A stretch of DNA of 64,000 bases, taken from positions 58,156,001 to 58,220,000 of the forward strand of contig OX597827.1 in NCBI GenBank assembly GCA_951406725.2, given 5' to 3'. Below are positions 35,790-49,475 of the stretch, piece after piece (the stretch's first letter is position 1; each line of letters opens with the position of its first letter). The position numbers and the translations under genes are program-made. The notes beneath the pieces were generated by a model. The model ran no database searches, was not told where the DNA came from, and saw only the letters and a program-made list of their open reading frames with translations. This DNA comes from Octopus vulgaris. Taxonomy: Eukaryota.

Positions 35790-36222
35790 TTGTAGTATCA
35801 TTAGCATGCTGGGCAAATTGCATTGCAGCATTTCATCTGTCTTTACATTCTGAGTTCAAATTCTGCTGAAGTTGACTTTACCTTTCATCCTTTCAGGGTC
35901 AATAAATCAAGTACCAGTCAAGTACTTGGGTTGATGTGATTGACTATCCCGCTCCCCACAAATTCCAGGCATTGTGCCTATAGTAGAAAGGAATATTTAG
36001 TATGAGGTGGCGAGCTGGCAGAACCATCAGCTTGTTGGACAAAATGCTTAGCAGCATTTCATTTGACTTTATGTTCTGAGTTCAAATTCCGCCATGGTCA
36101 ACCTTGCCTTTCATCTTTTTGGGGTCAATAAAATAAGTACCTGTTGAAGACTGGGGTTGATGTAATCAACTTTACCCGCTTCCCAGAAATCTCTTTCCTT
36201 GTGCCAAAATTTGGAACCAATG
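35790..36222 (+). mobile_element. Tandem pair of SINE family B
   Basis: Two consecutive copies with ctgagttcaaattc and cctttcatc(c/t)ttt..gggtcaataaa..aagtacc. Confidence 0.85.
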
Positions 36223-36512
36223 TTTGAATAGTATCTTAGATGTGCTTCTCCTCTCATTTTCTCTCTCTCTCTCTCTTTCTTTTCTTACCTTTCTCCCTCT
36301 CTTTCTCTCTCATATGCATATGCATTCTCCTTCATTGTCTTAATATATTACCAAACAAGAAACATTTTAGCTGACCCAGGACACTTGTAAACTGGGATTG
36401 TATATTGTTGTTTAACCCCAGATCAGCAATGATCGAAAAAGTCCCATAAACCAAGTGCTCCATCCTGTTTTGTTTTTTGCCTGGCTAGTATATCCAATGT
36501 GCCATTCCATAT

Positions 36513-36662
36513 TTAACCCTTAAGCATTTAAGCAGCCATATTTACCCCTAATATTCTACCTCTTTTATGCTCAAATTGGGTGGATCCAGCATGATTAATT
36601 CAAAGCAATGTGGAAAATGAAGCATTGCATTTGACAGAGTAACCTGAATGCTAAATGGTTAA
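36513..36662. mobile_element. piggyBac-type MITE family D, reversed and internally deleted, nested in a family H repeat
   Basis: TTAA-cccttaagcatt ... aatgctaaatgg-TTAA. Confidence 0.75.
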
Positions 36663-37937
36663 AATGATAGAGGGTAATATAAGGTATCACCTGCTTTTTC
36701 AAGCAGTTCAACCAATTGCACAGGAGCTTCTTTGTTTGCTTGTATGAGACGTGAATGTGTAATCCAGAAACAGGAGTCTCAAGACAAAATATTCATGCGG
36801 TTTGGTGTACGTTGATTAACTAGAATCTCCTCCCAGATTAAGTAGTTAAGACAAAATGAAATCATTATTGATTTATTATATGTTTCAGAACAAACAGATT
36901 AAAGTTAAGGTTTATCACTTTTCATTATTCTCATCGAAGACAGGGATATTAGAACACTTAAGCTTAAGATTTAAGCTTACTAAAGATTCGTTACTTTAAA
37001 TAATCTGTTGATGTAATAAAATGTTTCAGGATTTTTCCTCTAGCTAACATCTCTCACCTAACATTGAACTTTTAAGAGGGTTTGTTTGACTACACAAGTG
37101 AATGGAATTAAGATGTTAGTAGAAAAAAAAAAGTAGATTCGAACATATGCTTTATAATACAATTTACTAATGTATTCCAGAAGTAAATTGCTCATATGAT
37201 AAATGCCATTGTGTATTTGTATACATATTTCATAGAAGAATCTTATTGGGCTTATTTTATTTTATATGCACACAATCACATGCACACATACATATGAATA
37301 TATTCTTTATTTATGGATTAGCATTGTTAATCCAGAAATAAAGAATATATTTATCCACCAAATGTGGTGTTGAGCACTCATTGTCACTGTTCACTGCTAT
37401 CATTTGTGTATATACACGTGTGTATACATGTACAGGTGTACAGTCTGTGTGTATAAATACACACACGTGTATATGATGATGATGATAAATATACATATAC
37501 ATGTACAGGTGTGTGTGTGTGTGTGTACATAGATACATTCATGTGTGTGTGTATGTGTATATCATCACATATATTAGAGAGGGAATTACAAAGAAGGCAG
37601 TGACCAGGTTTATCTCAAGAACTACGAAAAACGAAAAATTGACTAATATATTCTTGTGCCAAACTAGAAAGAACAGATACAGATACAATGAGAATATTAT
37701 CATGAATGAATGAAGCTTGGTTTAGCACCAAAATGAAACAAGATTTAAAAGTGGGTAGGTATAGAGAAATGGACATCAAAGAAATATTAAAATGTCTGTG
37801 GAAAAATCGAATAGAGGGTTTCTTGTTGTTGGAATTAGCATTCTGACAAATGCATGTGGTTTGCAAGAAAATCTAATAGAGATAACTGCTAAACTGATAT
37901 CAGGTTATAAGGGTATTGTCAGAGACATATTTACAGA

Positions 37938-38272
37938 TTTAAACCAGTTATATTTGGATAAAATATTCTACTTTATATTCAGACTAGCCAGATCCAGCCT
38001 CAAACACATACCCTGCAATGTCATTCTTAAAAGAAACAATCATATCATTGAATTCTTGAAGCTACAAGATTATGCATGAATAAAATATTCTTCTTGTTTT
38101 GTTACCATACCAGCCAGGTCCAGCCTCTCGCACCGTCTTACAATGTCATTCTAAAAATAAAGAATCACATCAGTGTACTCTTTGAAGCTACAGATAATGC
38201 ATGATTAATTCAAAACAATGTGAATGAATAAGCATTATATTTGGCAGAGTAGTCTGAATGCTAAAGGATTAA
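37938..38272. mobile_element. piggyBac-type MITE family D with an internal tandem duplication
   Basis: Segment aaatattct...gatccagcct...caatgtcattct...gaagctac..gat.atgcatga occurs twice; ends gctaaagga-TTAA. Confidence 0.75.
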
Positions 38273-40059
38273 TAAACATCACAAGGGAAGAATCAGTTGA
38301 AAGTGTATCATCAAAGATAAACCTTAACTCGCCTAAAAATGTAGATGTTTTGAAACTGAACAATGATATTCTTGCATTACTTGCTGCCAGGAAATATGGC
38401 AGCATACAAAAGTGTTAGTAATATTGACGCAATAAAGAAATAATAAAGATTATCCAATTAGATTTTTAAATGCATTGGCTCCTTCAAGAATGTTGCTTTC
38501 AGTCTTGAAGTTAACTGTTGATATGATTATTATGCTATTACACAATTTTCACTCAGAAAGAGGATTGCTTCATGATTCATGAGTTTAGATAAATAAAATT
38601 TCATTGTGATCGCTACTTCCATGGACAAGTACTGACAGGAAGTCAAAAGTTTATGGTAGTATTCACCCGCAAGATTAAATGACCTCCCACAGGTATCAAT
38701 CTTTTCTTTAATGTGATATTAATTTCCATTGACTGATATCGGAGTATATTTACCTTTCTCTTCTTTACTTACAAACAATTCCATGTGGCTCTCAGAAGAA
38801 CTAGAAATGAAAATAATTTGAAACAGCATGGCAAAAATAAGTAGAATCGAGGAAATGTTTTTAGAAGAATATTTTCACTGAAAATATAACAATAAAAGAA
38901 TTATAAAATTATATAGTTTTTACAAAGCCCTGTCCAGTATTATCATGGGATTGTTTCTCTACAATTGGTAAAATCTTCATTTTATTTATTAGTAAAGTAA
39001 ATATTGAGCCCAATAATTTTTTTTTTCCTTTTCTTTTCAAGATTGTTCAAAGCAAAATTTATTACATCATGTAAAAAATCTGTATTCAAAAAGTAAATAT
39101 AGTTTTCTGTATTTTAACTTTATTTTATGATCTTCCATACATTTAAGATAAACATGTCTATCAAGTCGCTATTAATATTGGTTTCAAATTTTGGCACAAG
39201 GCCAGCAAGCTCAGGGTGGGGTGGTGGTAAGTCAGTTACATTGAACTCAGTGTTCAGTTGGTACTTATTTTATTGATCCTGGAGAATGAAAGGCCAAGTT
39301 GACCTGGCGGGGTGTTAAGAGTTAATCCTAAATGCAGGATCTTGGAGCACGGTTATGGTTATCATTTTCATTGGACAGTTTTTAAATATTCTACTTCAGT
39401 GTTGTCTATGGTTGTCAACACAGACATTGTCTGTGGCCAATTCATTGGCTTTGTTTCTATTTGTCTGCTTCACTTTTATATTTGTGTTATTTGTATTATA
39501 ATTTATTGGCCAGTTCAATAGCTGTCTTGTTTCTGCTTGTTGAAAACACACACACACACACACACACACTTGAAATCAAGCATGTGTGTGTGTAAATAGT
39601 CAAGTTGACAACAAAAAATTATTTATTTACAAAAACACACACACAGACTCACACACAGACACACACAATTACACATGTATGTGGCCATTGCTCATATATA
39701 TAACAATTACATTGTAGAAGAGTCATCCTAGCCATTTAAAAGCACATAAAAATTGCTATGTTTCCTTTTTTATTATTACTTAATAGTTATTGTCTACCAT
39801 AAAATGTGAAAAAGATGTTTTGTTGCACTTCTGCAGTGAATTGTGTCAGTGACCAGGATGCAGAAGTGTGACATGATTTTTTAAATAATTCGTTGTAAGC
39901 AATACAATAAAAAAAAAACCCAAATGAAAGTGAACATAATAATTCTCACATGCTCTTAAATAGCTTGAATTATTCTTCCTGAATGTAATTGTTTCAGTTT
40001 CAATAATACAGACTTTCAGATCAAGTTACTTGCGAAACAAATACAACTCATATATATGC

Positions 40060-40272
40060 TCTTAGCTTAGTTTTTCCTTGGGGCTGGCCACATTGGAGCA
40101 ATCTCAAGAATAATCAGCCGAAATTGCGATGATAATCTGGTGCTTGACTGAGGATAGAGGGCTTCGAATGACCCGTCCTTGTTTTCTTTGTATCATCTAC
40201 CTGGATGTTTTGTTGTCCCTTTTTGTGTCACCTAGCTGTCCGGGTGTTTTGTGTTCTTGTCCCATTTTGTAT
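40060..40272 (+). mobile_element. Penelope-like terminal fragment
   Basis: Starts at (TA)n; degenerate hammerhead words CCGAAAT and CTGAGGA...CGAAT; T-rich tail; CpG-rich. Confidence 0.35.
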
Positions 40273-40274
40273 TG

Positions 40275-40509
40275 GCACAGGTGTCAGACGAGGCGTTTGC
40301 CAGCCTTGTCTGGTACCTGTGCTGGTGACACGTAAAAAGCACCCACTACACTCATGGAGTGGTTGGCGTTAGGAAGGGCATCCAGCCATAGAAACATTGC
40401 CAGATCAGACTGGGCCTGGTGCAGCCTTCTGGCTTCCCAGACCCCAGTTGAACCGTCCAACCCATGCTAGCATGGAAAGCAGACCCTAAACGATGATGAT
40501 GATGATGAT
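40275..40509 (+). mobile_element. SINE family C, young 3' part
   Basis: ggttggcgttaggaagggcatccagcc...gtccaacccatgctagcatggaaagc...(gat)n. Confidence 0.9.
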
Positions 40510-40903
40510 ATATGATTCTACTATTTTATTATAGTTTCTACTTTCAAATTCATTGGAAGATGTACTAAAATAAATTTGAAAAAAAATTGCATACACAGAA
40601 AATTATGGGTGAGAGAATAGTGGGAGAAAAGGAGCAGTTGAGGCCTAACTTGGTTATGTAGAGATGGAACAGATAGTTAAAATTTTCGTAGTAAACAATT
40701 GAATAGGATAGAGAAAACAGTTTGGAAAGCAGTTATTTCATCTTTCAGTCACTGGTCCAAGATTGTCATTTTAGAAAGTCAAGGTTGATGAGAGCAAACA
40801 TATATTTTAAGATATTTACTTGGGATACATTTGAAATATGTGAATATAATGAAACTATGGGGAACACATGAAACAACCAAATTATTGGTTGTCAAATTAA
40901 ATA

Positions 40904-41270
40904 CTCTTTTACTTGTTTCAGTCGTTTGACTGCAGCCATGCTGGAGCACTGCCTTTAGTCGAACAAATCAACCCCAGGACTTATTCTTTGTAAGACTAGT
41001 ACTTATTCTATCAATCTCTTTTGCTGAACCACTAAGTTAGGGGAACGTAAACACACCAGTACCGACTGTCAAGCAATGCTGGGGGGACAAACATATACAT
41101 ATATATGACGGGCTTCTTTCAGTTTCCATCTACCAAATCCACTCACAAGGCTTTGGTCAGCTCGAGGCTATAGTAGAAGACACTTGTCCAAGGTGTCGCG
41201 CAGTGGGACTGAACCCAGAACCATGTGGTTGGTAAGCAAGCTACTTACCACACAGCCACTCCTGCACCTG
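40904..41270 (-). mobile_element. SINE family A
   Basis: Full-length match to the family. Confidence 0.95.
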
Positions 41271-42109
41271 TATGTTTAAAATATTAAATTAATTATTTAG
41301 ATTTGAATTAATTGAGGGAGGTAATTAATTCATTGACCATAAGTGTTTTATAACAGGTAGTATAAGATGATAGATGTCTTACATCATCCTTTATAAACAC
41401 CAGTGAAAAGGTATGGAGAGTTTATATTTTGGGGAAGTCTCTTGCATTGTTCTGTGTATTGGATGTTATTTAATGAATGGTTTGAAAAAATGCTCAGTGT
41501 ATGCAGTTGGAAATTTATTCATAATATTTATTGATTAGCAGAAAACAAAATCTGATAAGTTTCTGATGTGTACAACATGCAATGTTTGTTAGAATGTCTA
41601 TATTTATTGGCAATATATTAATTTCTGTTTCATATCAAATTTATATTATTATTCTTAAAATGCCAGAAAAATTTGACAAAACTTGTGTCATTCTTCATTC
41701 CGAAATAAATGAAAATGTTGGTCATTTTGAGCTTTAATGAGTTTCAGGCCAATCCAGAATAAGAATTTGAAACATTATTAGTATTCATAGTAACATTGTA
41801 AATATATTTTTCTATTGTACAGCTGTTTTCTAGAAGGCATTTAGTTGGGTAATGGGATAAAATCATTCCATTTATATTTGTTCATATTAAGAATGATTAT
41901 CCAAAACTAGGCATAGTAGAATAGAATACTTTCACACAGCTTTTAATAGTAAACTTACATATGTGTTTGAGTAGGAAATATTTATGTAACAGTTTGAAAA
42001 CAAATTGTTGCTAAAGGGATCAGGACTTGTAGTTTGCGAGGTGGATTATACCTTGTTATTTTCCTATTTCTAGTGGTACTTGGTGATCAATCATTTCTTT
42101 TATTACATC

Positions 42110-42410
42110 TAGCTTTGTCTATGAAACCATCATCTTTAAATGTCTCATAATATTGTAAAGTAACAGTAAAAAAGCTTTGTTAGAGGAGGGATTAAAACTA
42201 TATAAAGACATATTATTACCAACACTACTTAAAATACTTCTTGGATGGCTAGAAAATTTATTGATATAGTGAGAAATGTCTGTTATTATGATAGAGGCTA
42301 ATGTCAAGATATTTAAACCTTTGACATTAAACCTAACCATCATTTTAAAATCAGATTGTTTGAAAAAATTATGAAGGTCTTCACTGAATATCTTAGGCTT
42401 CAATTTGATT
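42110..42410 (-). pseudogene. Penelope-like reverse transcriptase remnant
   Basis: ORF 42119-42403 DLHNFFKQSDFKM..NVK..; YINKFSSHPRSIL resembles the PLE RT thumb motif Y...SNHP..I. Confidence 0.65.
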
Positions 42411-43787
42411 GTATGGTATTTTAGACAAGTAACATTTTCTATAACCTTGGGCTGGCCTATTCCTTGTGAGTGAAATAAGGTACATGGAAACTATGGAATC
42501 TCATCAGATGAATTGTGCTTGTAATTTACATGTTCAGTCTTGTCACGCTAATCCTGCTTGAGAATTACATTAAGGATACATATATCTGAAATACTCAGCC
42601 ACTTACACACTAATCCATTGAGTCTGGTAGTTTAGTTGGTCAAACAACTGAACACTTAAGGTTGGAAATTCTGACAAGATCCATTTATTTTATTCATAAC
42701 ATATCATCTCCTCTCCCTCCATGCTTTCTTATACTCTTCCTCACATTACTCCAACCTCCTCCACCTTATTTTCCTTCTCTTCTTTCATTTCCTTTCTTTT
42801 CTTCTTGTCCTCTCATCTATTCCCTCTCATCACCTTTAATTTTCCTTCTTACTTTACAAAGGGTAGCTCTGACAAAGAGTGGTTCTATGAATTAAAATCT
42901 TATCACACCCTATTATAAGACGTCGTCACATGCAGATACATGTCCATTCAAGGTCTGACATGAACATTGTGTGTTACAACTCTCTGATAGAATACAACAT
43001 AATCTTAGTACTCGTTTAGAATTTATTGGACTTTTTTTATTTAAAATTTATTCTAAGAAACACAGGAATTTCCACTTGACTAAAAGACAGAGAACCTTTA
43101 TTGAATGACCTAGCTTGGTTTGACAGTCAACCAATGCCCTTGCATTCTGCTTAGTGAGATTCAATATATCTTAAAACTTTGTTTACATACCCATGTATAT
43201 GATATCAGTGATTGCCTACTGCATTGCAACAATCCATTCATTATTGCATATATCTACCCTTGAAGAAATGAAGTGAAGTTTGCAAAGTAGGCTCATACTT
43301 CTTCGTTACATGGATTAAAAATGGGTTAATAAAGTATTCGTCTTATGCAGAGCTTTTGTGTAACATTTTTTTCTTTATAAGCTAAATCAATTGGTTAGTT
43401 ATTGATGCATCAACAACTCGCTTTAGATTTGCTCCATTTATGTTTTCAAATGCCTGCTATTTAGTCCATCAATTGATTGATGTAGCTGACATCAAAGTAC
43501 AATTTATGCAAATTAGATTTTCCTGTTTAGAGAATCCCTCAATAACAGTTACTATATATGCAATTTCTCTGTGATAAAAAGCAACAGGTGTGCAATCTCT
43601 AATGAGCTGTCCCAAATAGTAGTGAAACTGGTCAGACTGATACCTTGTTTTGTACTCATGAAGAGATGGTATAGACATTTGTTTACATTTGTCCAGTGTA
43701 TTTGATTACACATGCAGTACTGCTTAAAATTTGTACTCTTATAATAGTAACAGTGCATTCATGTTGTCTTAAACATGCTGCTTAGTG

Positions 43788-43973
43788 CAGTGTTCTGCAA
43801 CCTTTTTTCACTTGTGGTACACTTATATTCTTTTCAAAATTTGGTGGCACACTTAAACTAAAAATATAACTAAAAATATGGGGGAAAAGATTATATTCAG
43901 GTTACACTGCAGCACACCTAGTATCATCTTGTGGCACACCAGTGTGCCGTGGATTACTGGCTGCAGAGCACTG
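43788..43973. mobile_element. hAT (Charlie-like) MITE
   Basis: TIRs cagtgttctgcaacc / ggctgcagagcactg; 8-bp TSD gcttagtg / gcttcgtg; gcacac subterminal repeats. Confidence 0.85.
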
Positions 43974-44039
43974 GCTTCGTGCATCAAAATTAATTGACTT
44001 AGCTGTGAAGAAGGCATTATTTATACAAATCATATTTTT

Positions 44040-45180
44040 ATAGTCTAGTGAGTTCTAGTCTGAAACTAACACAGATGTTGATTGTAATGTCCTTTCAAGT
44101 CTTCAGTAGTGGAACACCGAGTAGTTCTTTTGGATACCATCAGATGGTATAATCAATGCTTGATATACCTTTCTTTTGGAGTGGACAAGTGGACTGATAT
44201 CAACAATTATAAAAAGCTAGTTTAGATGGAGGCTTCACAAATGTGTGTTCAATTGTGTATGATGGTGGAAATGATGTTGCCTAAGGCAGAGAAGCTAACT
44301 TTAACATGGTGTTCATTAAATAGTTTATGATATTTCTGAGTTTATGAAATGTGGTACCTCATTAGACATTATTGAAATTATTGGTTATAATTGTGGAAAT
44401 ATCTCAGTTATGAGATGGATTAAACTAGATTATTTTCTTCTTCAATCTCCTCCAATTTGGCATCCTCTATATAAACTAGCTTCTCAGTGAAGCAACTTCT
44501 AGTAAACGTCTCATTATAAAAGAGGGTTGCTCAGTCAAAAGTTCCCCTATCCAAGGATAGGTTGAAGGGTCTCATACACCAGCTACCAAGATTTTCATTA
44601 AAACTGCAACTTGAGATTTTTATGAATGTATACAATTTTCTCATTTGGCTTCCTTTGTGTGTATTATCTAGATATTTAGCTAATTTTAGGCTGGTACCAG
44701 TCTTCATATCTAAACCAAACTTTTTGAATAGGTTTATCAAGTCCTTTCTAAATATGTTCATGGCATGGCAGTTCATATTGTATGTGATCGTCAAGCCATC
44801 ATCACTGTAGAAACCACAGCTATGCAGGGAAAATTAACTTTCTAAGAGTATTAAGAATGACTGATCGCACAACTAACTTAGTGTCATCATAGTCTCCCCT
44901 TGGTGATAGGAAATATCAAAAACCTTGGTCATTCCCTTTTTTGACCAAATAAGATTTGTCATGGTATAGCAATGATATCTTGACATTCATTTCTGTCCTT
45001 GTATTCAAATCACTACAAACTGACTGAATTGCTTTCCAATGTCCAGGGCTTTCTCCTGGAGGCCCAGTACATTTGATATGGAAAAGTAGAAATCACGATA
45101 TTGACTTGAGTAAATCTGCTCACTGCTTAAGTTTCAATGCCACAGAGATATTCTTTTGACTCATCAGTGTCAATACGGTC
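44040..45180 (-). pseudogene. Degenerate Penelope-like element (RT plus probable GIY-YIG linker)
   Basis: Minus-strand fragments FTQVNI/DFYFSIS, ISLLYHDKSYLVKK, GDYDD, GFYSDDG (YRDD-like), RKDLINLFKKFGL..LKLAKYLD, TCPL; hammerhead-like words at 45131-45167. Confidence 0.75.
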
Positions 45181-47399
45181 AACGTCCGTCGTCTGCTAGG
45201 ACTTTCTTTTTTCTTATACTGTATGCATTGCATTGCATTACAGTTGTACTTGCCTGACAAGTTACTTGATCTGAGATCATGTATTGAAACTGAAATGATA
45301 ACATGGCTGAAGAAGCATGTTAGACATTTATAACACATATATAATGATTACACGGTTTTATATCTTGATAGTATTGTTAATACAATGTGTCACAAATTTT
45401 AGTCCTGTCAAGAAATTAAACAAAGTCAGTATAACGCTTATATCTTTTATATAGGCTAGTATTATTATCGTTATCCTGGAAATTAGACAGATAAATAGAT
45501 TGACAGATAGATAAATGTATGTATGTGCACAGGGCATACAAACTGTAAGAAATGCAAAGAATATAAGTTACATACAAATGTATCAGGTGCTTACCCAGCA
45601 GTATGTGTGTGGTGATGGTAATTATACAATGAAATCTTTATCTTCAATTTTAAACCACCCACCCTAGCAACTATTTTGTTTTGTTGATATATTTTCCTGC
45701 ACTTTTAGAACGTGACCTTTTAATATTATAAAATGAAATTAGTGCATAACCAATCATTTTAGTATGGCTCAGTGGCCTACAATCTTTGCTTTTTTTTTTT
45801 TTTTTTTTCGCTTTTTGCTTTATCTCACACAAATGTAGACATGCAAACAGAGCTAGTTGCCATTCCATTCCATTTCCTTCCCTTCACACTTGCTATTGCA
45901 GTTTTGTCCTTGTGGATTTTTTTTGGGGGGGTTTCATCTTAGATATATCATACTATGTCATAAGAAAAAAACTGTCCAAATGCATGCAGCTGCTTGTCTA
46001 GTGGCAAAGAGAGACACGTTTATGGTGTGTTTGTGTATGTATTTAGTTTCTTTGTAAGATATAAATACAGCTCGGCTCTTATCGATATTCCTATAATGGA
46101 AGATTGCCATGAAAGTGAGTTGTTGAAAACAATCAACTTATTACTCACATGTGATTAACTATCTAAAAATTGCAATGTACTTAAAATAGCAGTTGAAGAT
46201 GAAAAGCTTTAACCACTATTTTTTTTTTTTTTCTCGTTTTTTAACCTTTCTCATGAGTACCATGGTATTCTCAGCTACTTTCCCAGATCTATTTAAAATT
46301 AATCAGTTAATCACCTCCACTGCTATTGTTTTCTATTTCTCAAGTATTTCTCAGCTATTCATGTTTGTATGTAGGATGTTGCTGTGGTCGAATGTTTTAC
46401 TGTATTTTTACCTATTTAAAATCTTTCCATCTGTCTTCCGCATTCAAAAAACCTTTTGACATCATCTTTGCCTTTTTCTCCTCCTCGTAGTTGACTAAAT
46501 AAATACCAGTTATACATTGAAGTAATTTCCCATGACTGCATCAAAGGTGTCAAACATATGACCCATGGTACTGATGTAGTCATTTAACCCATGCTAGCTT
46601 GGAGAAGCAGATGCATATGGCTACCTGTGCAAGATGTGCAGCAAATGTTGGCATACACCATGTGAAGAACAGACAACAGGCACTATCTTTTAATCTAATT
46701 CAAAGAATTCAAATTTCCTTGGAATCAACATTGGCATTCATCCTTCTAGGTTCAATAGAATTAAGTACTAGCCAAGTACTAGGGTTGATATAATAAGCTT
46801 GTTCCCTACCCATAAATTTCTGGCCATGCACCTATGGAGGAAATTAATTTCATTTACATTTTTAACAAGTGGGACCAGCTTAGTTCTCTTTAACAAGTAA
46901 CTCAATTCTGAGCAGACTTTCAGAGAGGCACACTCACATATCATTCTCAACAGTCTTGTGCCAAATTTGATTTTGGCAATAAATGTACAATGATAAATGA
47001 ATAGGAAAAGTAAATAGCTCTCTACACATTTTCTAGACACACATGTAGCCTTTAGTTAGAGGTGATTACTTTGAAATCGCATTGTTTTTACAAGCCTCAA
47101 GTACCCCTGCTTTTTCCTCTTGCATACCCCAGTTTAAAAACCACTGCTCTGTTCTCATCAGTTGGTAAACTATGTAATCATCAACTCTTTCAATGATATT
47201 TGGTAGTTTTTGACTTCACTAATTTGCTTAGTCTGCCATGGACAGTGTATATGAAAGTACTACACAAGTGGGCCTAACTTTCTTTTACTGGCTGATATTG
47301 GTTGTTCAAATCATACATGTTGGTTGGTTGAGTAACTCTATCTCTATAGAAACTCTTCTTCCTGTTCTTCATTGCAAACAATGGGCTCCAAGCAGAAGC

Positions 47400-47633
47400 A
47401 AGGCGGTGAGCTGGCAGAATCGTTAGCACGCTGGGCGAAATGCTTAGCGGCATTTCGTCTGCTCTTACATTCTGAGTTCAAATTCCGCTGAGGTCGACTT
47501 TGCCTTTCATCCTTTCGGGGTCGATAAATTAAGTACCAGTTACACACTTGGGTCGATATAATCGACTTAATCCCTTTGTCTGTCCTTGTTTGTCCCCTCT
47601 GTTTAGCCCCTTGTGGACAATAAAGAAATAAGA
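47400..47633 (+). mobile_element. SINE family B, young full-length copy
   Basis: ggcggtgagctggcagaatcgttagc (A box), gagttcaaattcc (B box), gcctttcatcctttcggggtcgataaattaagtaccag (Meta-domain-like, from recollection), (aaat)-type tail. Confidence 0.9.
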
Positions 47634-47749
47634 AGCAACATTCCATCATTTAGTTCTTGATAAAGGAAGTGTAAAGGTTGTTTGACATCTACAAAAGGCT
47701 ATTGGTTGTTGACATAGATGACATCATTGATATACAAGGTATACAGATA

Positions 47750-47960
47750 GAGATTATGCTGTCAAATGCAATTTTTATTTATTCATGTTATTTTGAATTA
47801 ATCATGCATTATCTTGAAGCTTCAAGATTTCAATGTTGTGTAGTTTATTTTTAGAATGACATTGTAGGGTAGATGTGAGAGGCTGGATCTGGCCTGTTTG
47901 AGCTTAAAACAAGTAGAATATTTGGTCCTTGATATGGCTGGTTTAAAGCTAGAGGGTTAA
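47750..47960. mobile_element. piggyBac-type MITE family D, left end eroded
   Basis: Ends gctagaggg-TTAA; body matches the 24942 copy. Confidence 0.8.
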
Positions 47961-47984
47961 AGAAGAGGAAAGACAGTAATGGAA

Positions 47985-48835
47985 GACAAACTACACCATG
48001 GAAGACCATCGACTGCAACCACTGACTCAAATTGCTAGCAAGTAGAAGAATTGATTTGTGCAGACAATCTGAGCTTCCTGCTCAACTGGACTGTGATTGC
48101 CATCAACACCTGATTTGGAAGAGAGAAGGGTGAAAGTCTGCCTTGATCAGCTGGAAGCACAGGAAGCCAATGAAGAAATGTATTTTCTGATTTAGTGACA
48201 AAATAAAATGTGGGCATATCGTTATGATCTAGAAACGAATGCTTTTTCAGTGGAATGGTGTCACACCTCTTCTCCAAGATGTTCAGGAGCTCATAGTCAG
48301 CACAGAAAGTCATGGTAATATTTTTTCTTTCTTCTTGGAGATGACAAAGGCATTATTTCATTGAACATGACTGTACTATGAACAGTGAGGGATACATAAA
48401 AAAACAAAAAACTTAGAGAAACCACTCGGAGGAAAAAATCAAACAAGAACCTGAAAATGATTCACATTCACCACGAGAATGTCTGACTACACATATTTGT
48501 CAACAATCAGTGGACTGGTCAGTGGGTTCACCATCCACCGTTCAGTCTGGATCTGATATCCTCCAACTTCCACCTGTTCAATATAATGACGAGCAGTGTT
48601 GGGGTGAGGAACAAATATTTGACGACACAGGTGAAAGTGGCCGTGAAGAAATTAGTACACTGCACGCTGAAATTTTTCAAAGATGATTCGTAAATTCAGT
48701 TAAACGATGGCACAAATGCATTGATTGTGATGGAGACTATGGTGAGTAGTAGCTTCGCGTACCAACATGTGCAATTTGAACGATTTATGTCAGATAATTA
48801 AAAAAAATTATACCAACTTTTGCACAGCTCTAGTA
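47985..48835 (+). pseudogene. Degenerate mariner transposase, C-terminal two-thirds
   Basis: Frameshifted motifs WAYRYDLET, RKVMV, IHHENV*LH (HDNARPH-like), HPPFSLDLISSNFHLF (YSPDLAPSDFHLF-like), RWHKCIDCDGDYGE. Confidence 0.85.
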
Positions 48836-49119
48836 TAATTAATCTTTCAGTCGAACATTAAGCGTTCCACAGTGTATGGCCGACTCGATTAAACATCATC
48901 CTCAGATCAGTAATTCATGTATGTTATATATAGTGCTAAGCTTAACCTTTATTAATGATTGTCCACATTTATAAAATTTATTGACAATTAGGGTTGGCTT
49001 TAGCATTTTTACCTAGTCACCAAGCTAAGAAGAAATAGCAGCCAAATCTCTCAAATCACAGCTTGCCGCCTTAAATGAGGATGCAGGATTATGTAGTCCT
49101 CACGATATACTGAGTCAAA

Positions 49120-49475
49120 GGATCTTTTCGGTTTGAACGGCAGTTTTTCTAGCGGTGTCATATGAAATTGTCACCCATAATTATGACCCTAGTATCGATC
49201 TATTGCATTTCAATCTGTTTTAGGGTTAGTGGTGGGGGGAAGGGTATCTTTTTTTTCTTCAGAAATGTAAATAAACCCAACCCGTTTCTTAAACGAGGGA
49301 CATATTCATACGGCACATAATGTTTTCACCCCAATAGACGTCATTGATTGGTTGAAATTGAAGCCAAGAGAAAAAGATGTTTTATAAACACATTCTACCA
49401 GTATACGAAGTTTAAAAGTGTTTAGTTACCTAGAAATTATTTTTAAAAAAACTGCCGTTCAAACCGAAAAGATCC
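49120..49475. mobile_element. Recent MITE with perfect 29-bp TIRs and an 8-bp TSD (Merlin- or MULE-like)
   Basis: ggatcttttcggtttgaacggcagttttt / aaaaactgccgttcaaaccgaaaagatcc; TSD gagtcaaa at 49112-49119 and 49476-49483. Confidence 0.92.
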
